A stretch of 35,640 bases of DNA, taken from positions 1 to 35,640 of the IMG/VR virus record IMGVR_UViG_2740892107_000010; one strand, 5' to 3'. Position numbers and translations under genes: made by a program. Below, in pieces: positions 1 to 8,697 of this stretch (the first letter of the stretch is position 1; each line of letters opens with the position of its first letter). Source of the DNA: a virus (Duplodnaviria; Heunggongvirae; Uroviricota; Caudoviricetes). The notes below the pieces were generated by a model that did no database searches, had not been told where the DNA came from, and was given only the letters and a program-made list of their open reading frames with translations.

Positions 1-57
1 GGTATCCGTTCTGCTGAAGTGTCATGGCGTTGATTTTACGGTGACTCTTCGACAGTG

Positions 58-83
58 AAAAGAAAAAAGGCCGCAGAGCGGCC
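58..83 (-). terminator. Rho-independent terminator downstream of the int-adjacent gene
   Basis: Perfect 6-bp stem ggccgc / gcggcc with 3-nt loop (69-83), followed on the minus strand by a T-run (plus-strand A6 at 63-68). Confidence 0.5.
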
Positions 84-189
84 ATAAACACAAACAAAAA
101 TCAATAAGTTAGATAATTATCAAAGACTTACAGACACACAAAAACACAGCCAACCACAACAAATAACAGGGATGTGGTCACTTTGTGGA

Positions 190-606
190 TCATTCGCTCC
201 CCTCTTTTTCCTTATTTCGTTGAACGCCAATTGCGACACACGTACTAAGCAAATCTTTACATTTCTCTACATCTTCAGACTTACGCAATTTGATGCTTTT
301 TACAGACTGCGGGCTACTGTCCGTAGCACGATACATCGTTATTTCAATATCATTTCGGTCTAAGAGTCCCATAATGGCTTTTGCAACCTCCACACCCTTC
401 TTCGCGAAATCAAAGAACAGAGCAAGTTTATATGGATTTTCGACGGAAAAAACTTCAATTTTGCTAAAACCAACATCGTGTAGAGAAAAATATTGCTCAA
501 CCTCATCTCGAAGTTCTGGATCGCATACAATGTCTATTCTCCAGTACTGACCTAAATGCAAATCGCTATTAACTGTTTTTTCCACAACATCCTCCTTACC
601 CAGCAA
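190..606 (-). CDS. Hypothetical protein, AT-rich cargo gene downstream of integrase
   Basis: 138-aa ORF whose start overlaps the integrase stop region; visibly lower GC than the phage core; acidic/lysine-rich; no motif I recognise. Confidence 0.5.
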   Translation of the reverse strand: MLGKEDVVEKTVNSDLHLGQYWRIDIVCDPELRDEVEQYFSLHDVGFSKIEVFSVENPYKLALFFDFAKKGVEVAKAIMGLLDRNDIEITMYRATDSSPQSVKSIKLRKSEDVEKCKDLLSTCVAIGVQRNKEKEGSE

Positions 607-1570
607 TAGGATTAAATCTCACCGCATCCTGCAAGTAATCCGGCGCAAGATGGGCATAAATCATCGTTGTCTGAATCTTTGCGTGCCCCAGAATTTTCTG
701 GAGCGTCAGAATATTGCCGCCGTTCATCATGAAATGACTGGCGAAGGTGTGGCGCAGCGCATGAACAGCCTGGCCGTCAGGAACATCAGGTGCGACCGTT
801 TTGATGACATCGCGAACCAATGGATAATCCAGCGTCGGAAACACCAGTTTCCCGCCCCGTTTTTTGATCTTTTCAAACAGGCTTTCAGAAATAGGAACGG
901 TACGGTTTTTGCTGTTCTTCGTTTTTGAAAAAGTGATTCGACAATGAAGAACACGGCGCTGCTCCAGTGCCGCTACCTCGCCCCATCGCGCCCCGGTCGA
1001 CAGAAGGATTTCGACAGCCAGCCGTTCATCGGGATTTTCAGCCAGTGCATCCAGCAACTGAACACATTCAGACTTACTCAGATATCCCATTTCGCGCTCG
1101 TTAACCTTCATTCCTTTAAGGCCTTGAACGGGGTTATCGTTAAGAAAATGGCCGGATGAGATGAGTGCGGTAAACATCGCGCTTAACGCCCCAATCTCTC
1201 GATTAATGGTGCTGGGCTGTATCCCCTGCTCTATCCTGGACACACGTAGCTCGGTGAGCATCGTTGTATTAAGTTTATGCACACACGGGTCATCCATTGC
1301 CTCACTCAAGCGCAGCAATTTAAGGCGCGTGTTATGCCCTGACTTCATTAGCTGGCCGTGGTATTTCCACCACAAGTCAATAAGCACCGACAGCGGACGG
1401 CGATCAATGGAGTTTCCTTTCCACTCATTGTTATGCTGTTGCGCCAGCACCCACCGCTCATATAAAACTGCATCCGATTTCGTTTTAAATTTTTTTCGAA
1501 TGCGTTTGCCTTTACGCCCCTCTGGACGCATGTCAAGAAGATACCCTCCCGGAATTGATTTTATGCTCAT
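596..1570 (-). CDS. int: Tyrosine recombinase / phage integrase (186-type)
   Basis: N-terminus MSIKSIPGGYLLDMRPEGRKGKRIRKKF resembles the 186-family integrase N-terminus as I recall it; C-terminal HxLRHT...Y catalytic region (HALRHTFASHF...IYAHL). Start placed at the internal Met rather than the longer ORF start at 1720. Confidence 0.9.
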   Translation of the reverse strand: MSIKSIPGGYLLDMRPEGRKGKRIRKKFKTKSDAVLYERWVLAQQHNNEWKGNSIDRRPLSVLIDLWWKYHGQLMKSGHNTRLKLLRLSEAMDDPCVHKLNTTMLTELRVSRIEQGIQPSTINREIGALSAMFTALISSGHFLNDNPVQGLKGMKVNEREMGYLSKSECVQLLDALAENPDERLAVEILLSTGARWGEVAALEQRRVLHCRITFSKTKNSKNRTVPISESLFEKIKKRGGKLVFPTLDYPLVRDVIKTVAPDVPDGQAVHALRHTFASHFMMNGGNILTLQKILGHAKIQTTMIYAHLAPDYLQDAVRFNPIAG

Positions 1571-1619
1571 TCGTGAAACCCCAGCGTTACAAGACCACCA
1601 TGCCCCCAGCGCTCCATGA

Positions 1620-1928
1620 TTAGTCGGGCTGTGTGCCAGTTTTGCGGGATTTTTGAGAAGACGATGTGTTTTCTGGCCCATCAGGGGAGAGAGAGGGACT
1701 GATCTGCCCAGCAGCCTCATTTGTTTTTCCCGTCATAAGCCAATTCATGTACTTAAAAAAGCGAGGGTGATTAACAATCTTGATAAGCACTTCGCCCCCT
1801 ATGTTTTCAATCCGCCCCGTTTCATAACGACGCAAAGTGCCGATAGGCACATCAATCAGGCCGCAAAATTCTTCGCGCGTTAAATCCTCTGATTCACGAA
1901 TCACTCTAATTTTTTCACCGATAAGCAT
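1620..1928 (-). CDS. C: Immunity repressor, P2 C-like helix-turn-helix protein
   Basis: 102 aa, HTH-like N-terminus, C-terminal FFKYMNWLMTGK...GQISPSL pattern similar to P2 C as I recall it; leftward from a divergent promoter next to int. Confidence 0.75.
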   Translation of the reverse strand: MLIGEKIRVIRESEDLTREEFCGLIDVPIGTLRRYETGRIENIGGEVLIKIVNHPRFFKYMNWLMTGKTNEAAGQISPSLSPDGPENTSSSQKSRKTGTQPD

Positions 1929-1990
1929 TGACAGTGTTCCTATAAGTACACTAAGCTTGCGCGCAAGGTGTACTTATAAGTACACCAAGT
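1929..1990. promoter_or_regulatory. Divergent early/repressor promoter region with operator palindromes
   Basis: Perfect 18-bp palindrome gtgtacttataagtacac at 1968-1985 plus a half-site copy tataagtacac at 1941-1951; TTGACA at 1929-1934; lies between the divergent C and cox-like genes. Confidence 0.6.
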
Positions 1991-2024
1991 CACAAACAAC
2001 CACAGATAGCGCAGGTTATCACAC

Positions 2025-2303
2025 ATGGCAAAAGTCCTGAACACACACGAACAGGCAGACTTTGAGCGTTTAGCAGCGTTCTATCCCTACCGCGATGAGC
2101 ATGGGTTACCAGTACTTGAAGAAAGCCTGAAAGATTACGCAAAGCGTACCAACCAAGCTGTTAACACAGTGAAAAGACAGGCTGACAGAGGTTCAATTCC
2201 CATCAACCAGGATGAAAAGAACTCAAGACGCACAGTAAATCTCTTCGCTCTTTTCCTGAAAACAATCAGGAGCGCAGAAAAATACGTGCAGATGACAAAA
2301 TAA
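2025..2303 (+). CDS. Cox/Apl-position early protein (putative excision/immunity regulator)
   Basis: 92-aa first gene of the rightward early operon, divergent from the repressor; assigned by position and size only. Confidence 0.5.
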   Translation: MAKVLNTHEQADFERLAAFYPYRDEHGLPVLEESLKDYAKRTNQAVNTVKRQADRGSIPINQDEKNSRRTVNLFALFLKTIRSAEKYVQMTK

Positions 2304-2317
2304 CGAGGTGTCATTTT

Positions 2318-2656
2318 ATGCTGAAGCAACGCCGTAATTTTCGTACCGGAACAGAACGCCACGCTAACCGTTTCACTACCAGTGCATCACGCAGCAACAT
2401 CCGCTACAGCCTGAGTGATACACACGCAACGCCGGATGGCTACCCAGTAAAACAAATCGGCGAGCACGCCTGGCTGATTGAGAAAGCTGGAATCGTGATC
2501 CACAAATGCCCACGCAATCCGTTTACCGGAAACCGCATTTTTGCATTGAGCTGTGGTGACAATCAGTTCGGGCAGGATTTCACATTATACGAAGCACTTC
2601 GCACGGTTGATCGTCTGCTTCGCGGGCAAAGTTTTATTAAACAGGCTGATTTATAA
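2318..2656 (+). CDS. Hypothetical early protein
   Basis: 112-aa ORF with GAGGTG ribosome-binding site; in the early operon. Confidence 0.55.
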   Translation: MLKQRRNFRTGTERHANRFTTSASRSNIRYSLSDTHATPDGYPVKQIGEHAWLIEKAGIVIHKCPRNPFTGNRIFALSCGDNQFGQDFTLYEALRTVDRLLRGQSFIKQADL

Positions 2657-2667
2657 CAGGTGCTTTA

Positions 2668-2954
2668 TGACCAAAGACCATGCACAAGGTGTATTTATCC
2701 GTTTTATTGATTTTCGCGGTGAACTGTTATTACGTGCATCCGCTATTGACGGAGTGACTCCGGCGGGTAAAAACGGAGCCGACGAAGCCACTTACGTTTA
2801 TCTGAACGGCACGCGACTGCTTGTGGAACTTCCGTACCAGGCCGTACGAGAAATCATTAGCGAAGCTGAAAAGGCACGCCAAGTTAATGGCGATGAACCC
2901 TATATCGAAATTATTTGTATGGATTCAGAAGCTGAAATACAGAAAGCAGATTAA
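2668..2954 (+). CDS. Hypothetical early protein
   Basis: ATG at 2668 preceded by AGGTG; 95 aa. Confidence 0.5.
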
Positions 2955-2965
2955 AGGGCGTTGTG

Positions 2966-3208
2966 ATGGGCAAAGAATATAAAACTCTCATTAACAAAGC
3001 ACTTGAGCGTTTTTATTTTCGCTTAAGTGCATCAGGCGCTCATGCTGAACGTGCGGCCCGTGACTCATTGACCAGAGCAATCCGAAGTCTGTATGACGTG
3101 GCTTTTTACGCTGATGATCTGGATGCACTTAACGAACTTTCCGAGCTGATCTGTGCCGCAGAATGCGGGGAACATATTGAACCGTATAAGCTGGGAAATA
3201 TCGCATGA
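2966..3208 (+). CDS. Hypothetical early protein
   Basis: 80-81 aa ORF; start at GTG 2963 or ATG 2966. Confidence 0.5.
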   Translation: MGKEYKTLINKALERFYFRLSASGAHAERAARDSLTRAIRSLYDVAFYADDLDALNELSELICAAECGEHIEPYKLGNIA

Positions 3209-3318
3209 GTATATTTATCTCATGGCTTGTTCTGATTATTTCGGTGGTCTGCGCCATTGGGATTATGCGAATTATTCATTCAGTAAAAAAGATTGAACGC
3301 TTTTTCACTGACGAATAA
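3205..3318 (+). CDS. Small hydrophobic peptide (single predicted transmembrane helix)
   Basis: 37-aa ORF MSIFISWLVLIISVVCAIGIMRIIHSVKKIERFFTDE, start overlapping the upstream stop (ATGA); below the ORF-track threshold. Confidence 0.3.
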   Translation: MSIFISWLVLIISVVCAIGIMRIIHSVKKIERFFTDE

Positions 3319-3410
3319 CAGCTTAAACAAAAAACCAGATTAAACCCGAAAACCTGAAAACTATCCGCATTCGCGGAGGTATTCGCACACGTAAATAACG
3401 GAGATATAAA

Positions 3411-3827
3411 ATGAACGCAAAAGAAGAAGGCATTATCGACACATTAAAAAAAATATCAGAAGCGGAAGATGAAATGGCTAAAGATGCCGTGAAGCGTAGC
3501 CAACATATGGTAGCACTTCACGCACTGACCATTGCAAAAATCACCGCTGACGCAGCCAAAATTATTGAGGAACAGGGCAAAGAAATCGACACTCTTAAAA
3601 CACAGTCAACAGTTGCAGCCATGAATCCGTCCAGCATTGGACGCTGCATTTATATTCTTGGTTCAGCAATGATGCTGCAATACACCATTATTGCCGAACT
3701 GCACGGCAAATACCTGATAACGCCTTACCACACAAAAGAGTCAGAGCTTCTGACAAATCTCCGCCTGATAGAACGCTCTCAAGCTGTATTCATTGATGAC
3801 GCGCAACGTGCCGTATTTAACGCATAG
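3411..3827 (+). CDS. Hypothetical early protein
   Basis: 138-aa ORF with GGAG ribosome-binding site. Confidence 0.55.
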   Translation: MNAKEEGIIDTLKKISEAEDEMAKDAVKRSQHMVALHALTIAKITADAAKIIEEQGKEIDTLKTQSTVAAMNPSSIGRCIYILGSAMMLQYTIIAELHGKYLITPYHTKESELLTNLRLIERSQAVFIDDAQRAVFNA

Positions 3828-3850
3828 GGTTACTGGACAAAGGGGGCGCA

Positions 3851-4054
3851 ATGGCAATTAAGCATTTTCCCGTCGTTCGCTTTACCTCCAGAGGGCGCGA
3901 ATACGAGGTCGACGAACGCCTGATTACCACTATCGACAAACATCGTTCGGAAAAGGATGCACACCACATCTACCTCACTGACGGCACTTACTTCTGCGCC
4001 ACCAACGTGGCGCGGGTAAACCTTATCCGACAGGTACAGGAGCAGCGTAAATGA
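3851..4054 (+). CDS. Hypothetical small protein
   Basis: 67-aa ORF with AGGGGG ribosome-binding site. Confidence 0.5.
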   Translation: MAIKHFPVVRFTSRGREYEVDERLITTIDKHRSEKDAHHIYLTDGTYFCATNVARVNLIRQVQEQRK

Positions 4055-4224
4055 GCAGAAGGCGAATCACACGCAGGCATCGCCGCACACACATGAATTC
4101 CTTACCGACGCTGAAAGAACTCATTCAACGCGAGATCGCTGATTTCTGCGCAACGCTGGGGGTCGCCTGGCGAACCGGAAACACCGGAAGCAATACAGCG
4201 CGAGTTATCACAACGCATCAATAA
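4051..4224 (+). CDS. Hypothetical small basic protein
   Basis: 57-aa ORF starting MSRRRITRRHRRTH, ATG overlapping the upstream stop; not in the ORF track. Confidence 0.3.
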   Translation: MSRRRITRRHRRTHMNSLPTLKELIQREIADFCATLGVAWRTGNTGSNTARVITTHQ

Positions 4225-4266
4225 CGTTTTTGATTTTTTTCCTTAACCAGTAGGGAGCAAATCACA

Positions 4267-4818
4267 ATGAAACTCAAACCCATGGGCATCCCCGGTCAGG
4301 CACCAAGACACGTTAAACAATGGACGAAACAGGAAGATGCGTTGCTGATAAGCATGTACCCGAAACACAGCATCAGGGAAATGACATCCAGACTTAATCG
4401 CTCATTTCATGCAACGGGGCAGCGCCTTATCACCTTGCGCAAGCGAGGGCTGATTGGGCGGAAACGCCAGCGGCTGGATGAAAAGGCAATAGCAGAAATA
4501 ATCAGCAACCGCCACCGAAAAAGTAAGAGGGATATGGCGCGGGAAATGAAATGTAGCAAATGCACCATACAAAAAATACTCCGCGATCGTGGTTACAGCG
4601 CAATGAAGTGTGGAGGCATACATCATGCTGCTAAATACGACGATCATATTGTTCATCTGGTAACTGAATTGCGTGATGGGCACGGCATGCCATTCAGGGA
4701 AATAAGCAGACATATACACAAAATCACAGGGATACAGGTGGCATACAGCACAGTATGGTGGCTTTACAACCGCCGAACCGCCGCCGACGCCGTGCTGTAC
4801 GAGCTATTACCAAACTGA
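4267..4818 (+). CDS. Hypothetical early protein, basic, possibly DNA-binding
   Basis: 183-aa ORF with GGGAG ribosome-binding site; lysine/arginine-rich. Confidence 0.55.
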   Translation: MKLKPMGIPGQAPRHVKQWTKQEDALLISMYPKHSIREMTSRLNRSFHATGQRLITLRKRGLIGRKRQRLDEKAIAEIISNRHRKSKRDMAREMKCSKCTIQKILRDRGYSAMKCGGIHHAAKYDDHIVHLVTELRDGHGMPFREISRHIHKITGIQVAYSTVWWLYNRRTAADAVLYELLPN

Positions 4819-4937
4819 GTAATCATCATGCACACACAAAAAAACCGCTTGCCATGCCGCAATCAGTCAGGTTACATTTCCGCTGCACCTCATAAAACGG
4901 GTGCCGGGATTTCCACCCCGCTGACAACTACAGCGCA

Positions 4938-4959
4938 CAACCGCGCCAGCGGTTTTTTT
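4938..4959 (+). terminator. Rho-independent terminator
   Basis: Stem aaccgc / gcggtt with loop gcca, followed by T7 (4952-4959), downstream of the 4267-4818 gene. Confidence 0.55.
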
Positions 4960-5138
4960 GTGCGTACTGTATCGCCACGTCTTTTTCGCACACGAATTAT
5001 GGTGGGGCGTACGGGGCCGACTTCGGTCGGGCCGGGTTCTGTAGTTGCCGGTTGTGGAAACCCTGTACGTCTCACCACCCCGAGTTTTCCACCTCTGGAT
5101 GGTGAGTTTTCAAAACTTGCAACTACAGAGGCCACACC

Positions 5139-5369
5139 ATGGCAAACCGCAAACAGCACCGCGCTATCGCGGAGCGTCGTCACATCCAGACTGAAATCAA
5201 CCGCAGACTTTTCCGCGCATCACGCGTCGCGCAAATCATGCACATCAATATGCTGCATGAGCGCAGCCACGCACTATCAAACATTTATTCCGCCTCTGTT
5301 TTCAGCTATCTGGCGGATGATCTGCACGAGCTTCAACAGCTCATCCAGCAGCAAAACAAACTCCATTAA
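5139..5369 (+). CDS. Hypothetical small protein
   Basis: 76-aa ORF with GAGG ribosome-binding site. Confidence 0.5.
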   Translation: MANRKQHRAIAERRHIQTEINRRLFRASRVAQIMHINMLHERSHALSNIYSASVFSYLADDLHELQQLIQQQNKLH

Positions 5370-5441
5370 TTCCTGTTCCGGGCCTTTCCTGCACCTTGCG
5401 GCGGGAGGCCTTCGCACATCTGTAACAAGAGGATTGCCGCA

Positions 5442-5807
5442 ATGATTCTCGCCGACGACTTTCTTGAATACCTGCTCAACACAGAACGTGATCTTGCCGC
5501 TCGCGTGCGTGATCGTTATGACATGTACCTGAAATCCCTGCCTGTACCGCAGCTCGCTGACGGAAAGATTGTTATTGATGGTCGCTACATGATTGACAGC
5601 CACGAGGGAAATTACAGGCTTTACCGCATTGAAGGTGGCACCCCGTCCGTTATTGGCATTTACCAGCGCCCATCCTCTGCAATCGTCGATGTGATTGCCG
5701 ACAGCATCCGCATCACACATCGCCATGCCGACACAGAAGACACCGTGCTGGAAATTCAGTGGCTGGCTACAGTCTGCCGCGACACCCTGAATGGCATGAC
5801 GAAGTAA
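5442..5807 (+). CDS. Hypothetical protein immediately upstream of A
   Basis: 121-aa ORF with AGAGGA ribosome-binding site. Confidence 0.55.
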   Translation: MILADDFLEYLLNTERDLAARVRDRYDMYLKSLPVPQLADGKIVIDGRYMIDSHEGNYRLYRIEGGTPSVIGIYQRPSSAIVDVIADSIRITHRHADTEDTVLEIQWLATVCRDTLNGMTK

Positions 5808-5813
5808 ATCACT

Positions 5814-8621
5814 ATGACGGCAGAGTACATCAGGGACTGGCAACAACCGCGCCACGCAGTGGGGCGTGAAGGAACGGGGATCCCCGCTCCTGAATCCGCG
5901 CTTTCCTCCTGGCTGGATGCCTACCGGGTAGAGAACGAGCGCCGCCAGGAAATAGCTGATGCGGCGTTCTCCGCCACGCCGCTGGGCAACCTGATTAATA
6001 AAAGCCTGGACGCACAGGAAAAACAGGACAAAACCATCACACTGGCAGGAGACGCCAGAAAGCAGGCACGCGGCGCGGTGGATGAAGCCATGGCCTCGCT
6101 GCGCCTGCTGCCGTCCTATCTGCGCGATCCGCTTATTCGCCACCTCTCCTTCCTGCGCAAAAAACAGGAAGCCGATCGCCGGAAAGGCAAAAAGAGCTGG
6201 CAGGCGGAACGCTATGCACGCGGAACCCTACGCAAAATATTCGAACGTCTGGATCGCACTGACGGACGCTGGCTGACACCGTGTTATTGCTCCCTTGCCG
6301 GACGCGAACGCCTGGACGATTTGCTTTACCTGCCGCAGCTCAACAAACACCAGATACAGACGCTGGCCACCATGACGGCGGCGATGTTCAGCAGCACTTT
6401 CGAAACACTCTGCGATGGCTTTGGTGCCAGAGATGGCGAGCTGACCATGGATGTAATGTTGAAGGCTTACCGGATGCTGGCTCGTATCGCATTATGCCTG
6501 CATATCATGCCGCCACATTACGAAGCCCTGAACAAGAGCGAACCGGATACGGAACTGCTGCCGGGCGCAATCCTTCGCCTGACCTGTGCGGAATGGTGGA
6601 AACGCAAACTGTGGCTTTTACGTTGCGAGTGGAGAGAAGAACAACTCCGCGCCGCCTGTCTGGTTTCCAGAAAAACATCACCCTATCTGAGCCAGGACGC
6701 GTTAAGCGAGTTTCGCGCACAGCGCGAGAAAACACGCGATTTCCTGAAAAGTTTCATGCTGGAAAACGAAGACGGGTTCACGATTGATCTCGAGACAGTG
6801 TATTACGCGGGAGTAAGTAACCCGGTTCACCGTAAGGCAGAAATGATGGCCACCATGAAGGGACTGGAACTTCTGGCCGAAGCCCGTGGCGACAAAGCGG
6901 TGTTTCTGACTGTCACCTGCCCGTCAAAATACCACGCTACAACAGAGAACGGTCATCCGAATCCCAAATGGAACGGGGCCACCATGCGCGACTCCAGCGA
7001 TTACCTGGTTAACACGTTTTTTGCGGCGGTCCGCAAGAAACTGAACCGCGACGGTCTGCGCTGGTATGGCATCCGCACGGTGGAGCCTCATCATGACGGC
7101 ACTGTGCACTGGCATATGATGGTCTTTGCTCATCCGGAAGAAATCGACAGCATCGTGGCCATCACCCGCGATATTGCCATTCAGGAAGACCGCCACGAAC
7201 TGGGCAATGATATTACTCCGCGCTTTAAGGCGGAGTACGTCGACGGCTCAAAAGGCACGCCAACCAGCTATATCGCGACCTACATCGGAAAGAACCTGGA
7301 CAGCCGCGCCGTGGATGGAATCGACCCGAAAACGGGCAAACCACGCGTTGACCACGAAACCGGAAAATCAATGGCCGAGAGCGTGGAGCGCGCCATCGGC
7401 TGGGCGCGCCTTCATCGGGTCCGCCAGTTCCAGTTCTTTGGCATCCCCTCCCGTCAGGTGTGGCGTGAACTGCGCCGCCTTGCCAGCCAGATGGCACGCA
7501 ACCCGGAAGGCCCGCAACGGCTGAAGGATGACGCAATGGATGCGGTACTCGCTGCCGCCGATGCCGGGTGTTTTGCCTCCTACATTGAAAAACAGGGCGG
7601 CGTACTTGTTCCACGTAAAGACTACCTGATTCGCACCGCCTACGACCTCGCAGATGAGCTGAACGATTACGGCGAGCAGAGTGTACAGATTTACGGGATC
7701 TGGTCGCCGCTCATCGGGGAGTCTTCCCGCGTGTGCACGCACCCGGATAACTGGAAGCTGGTAAGACGTAAACCGGAAGCGGAAGACAGCGCCCGCGAAA
7801 ATGGTTTTGACCTTCAGGGCGGCCCTGCCGCCCCTTGGACTCGTGGCAATAACTGTCCCCGTGTACAGGAAACGAGCAACAACGGAACAGAACAGCCGGA
7901 AGAACGGCCAGCACCGTGGCCGCAGCTTCCTGACGGCGTTGAAGTAAATGAATGGATGCGCTCACTGAAACGGCACGAACGCCGGGCGCTGATGCGTTCG
8001 CTTCGTGACAAACAGGCAAAAAACAGCAGCGATGAAATGCAGAACTGGACACAGAGCCGCAAACAGCCGCGACCTTTGCCTGATAACCACGAGTTACTCG
8101 CTAAAGAATGGCGGGAGTCTGCCGAATCTCTCGGCCTGCATATCGGTGAACAACAGATGCTGCACCTGTTACGGGGCGGCAGTCTGTACGTTGACGGCAG
8201 CATCATTGCACCGCAGGGATTTGAAATTGTACGCAAACCAGATACCCGACCGGACAGCCGAATCACGCAGCTCTGGCAGCGCCTGAGCCGTAATCACGGC
8301 GTAAGCAGCACGGAGATCCGCCATAACCCGGTCGCCAGCTATCTGGAACAGCTAGGGGCATCAGACCCCGAAGCCGCCGCACGCCTGGCATCCACACTTC
8401 AGCAGGACCAGAACACCATGAAGACACCCGTTACCGTGCTTTCTGACATGCTGCGCGCCATCCGTGACGCAGAGCACGCACAGAGAATCAGTGAAACCAC
8501 TGAACGCGCCCACCGCAAAGCAGACCTGCTGCGGGGTGGCCTGACCCGTGGGAACAAAAAACAGACAGAAACGGGATTCACAAATCCCGTAAATGAGCAA
8601 AAAAAGCGCCGCGAAATATGA
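5814..8621 (+). CDS. A: Rolling-circle replication initiator (P2 gpA family endonuclease)
   Basis: 935 aa; HUH-type motif VHWHMMVFA near residue 430; position after the early operon as in P2/186. Confidence 0.85.
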   Translation: MTAEYIRDWQQPRHAVGREGTGIPAPESALSSWLDAYRVENERRQEIADAAFSATPLGNLINKSLDAQEKQDKTITLAGDARKQARGAVDEAMASLRLLPSYLRDPLIRHLSFLRKKQEADRRKGKKSWQAERYARGTLRKIFERLDRTDGRWLTPCYCSLAGRERLDDLLYLPQLNKHQIQTLATMTAAMFSSTFETLCDGFGARDGELTMDVMLKAYRMLARIALCLHIMPPHYEALNKSEPDTELLPGAILRLTCAEWWKRKLWLLRCEWREEQLRAACLVSRKTSPYLSQDALSEFRAQREKTRDFLKSFMLENEDGFTIDLETVYYAGVSNPVHRKAEMMATMKGLELLAEARGDKAVFLTVTCPSKYHATTENGHPNPKWNGATMRDSSDYLVNTFFAAVRKKLNRDGLRWYGIRTVEPHHDGTVHWHMMVFAHPEEIDSIVAITRDIAIQEDRHELGNDITPRFKAEYVDGSKGTPTSYIATYIGKNLDSRAVDGIDPKTGKPRVDHETGKSMAESVERAIGWARLHRVRQFQFFGIPSRQVWRELRRLASQMARNPEGPQRLKDDAMDAVLAAADAGCFASYIEKQGGVLVPRKDYLIRTAYDLADELNDYGEQSVQIYGIWSPLIGESSRVCTHPDNWKLVRRKPEAEDSARENGFDLQGGPAAPWTRGNNCPRVQETSNNGTEQPEERPAPWPQLPDGVEVNEWMRSLKRHERRALMRSLRDKQAKNSSDEMQNWTQSRKQPRPLPDNHELLAKEWRESAESLGLHIGEQQMLHLLRGGSLYVDGSIIAPQGFEIVRKPDTRPDSRITQLWQRLSRNHGVSSTEIRHNPVASYLEQLGASDPEAAARLASTLQQDQNTMKTPVTVLSDMLRAIRDAEHAQRISETTERAHRKADLLRGGLTRGNKKQTETGFTNPVNEQKKRREI

Positions 8622-8661
8622 AGCGCGCACAAAACAGGCAAAAGCGGGATTTCAGAATCCC
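8573..8661. repeat. Two copies of a 16-bp palindrome gggatt-N4-aatccc, each followed by gtaa
   Basis: gggattcacaaatccc at 8573-8588 (inside the 3-prime end of A) and gggatttcagaatccc at 8646-8661 (just upstream of the parM-like start). Confidence 0.6.
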
Positions 8662-8697
8662 GTAACCGATTAATTAATCAATATAAGGAAAATCGAC

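Noticed and set aside
596-1720. Longer 374-aa version of the integrase ORF
   Set aside because: The extra 50 N-terminal residues have no counterpart in 186-type integrases as I recall them, and the internal Met aligns with the conserved integrase N-terminus.
3281-3320. LexA (SOS) box in the early region, as for an SOS-inducible antirepressor
   Set aside because: The CTG...CAG candidate has 8-nt rather than the required 10-nt spacing; no convincing box found by eye.
4828-5445. 205-aa plus-strand ORF spanning the non-coding interval and the 5139-5369 gene
   Set aside because: Junk-like composition, no ribosome-binding site, and it overlaps a shorter ORF that has a good one in another frame.
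5277-6143. 288-aa minus-strand ORF overlapping the start of A and upstream genes
   Set aside because: Antisense to well-supported plus-strand genes with ribosome-binding sites; arginine/glycine-rich composition typical of out-of-frame reading in GC-rich coding DNA.
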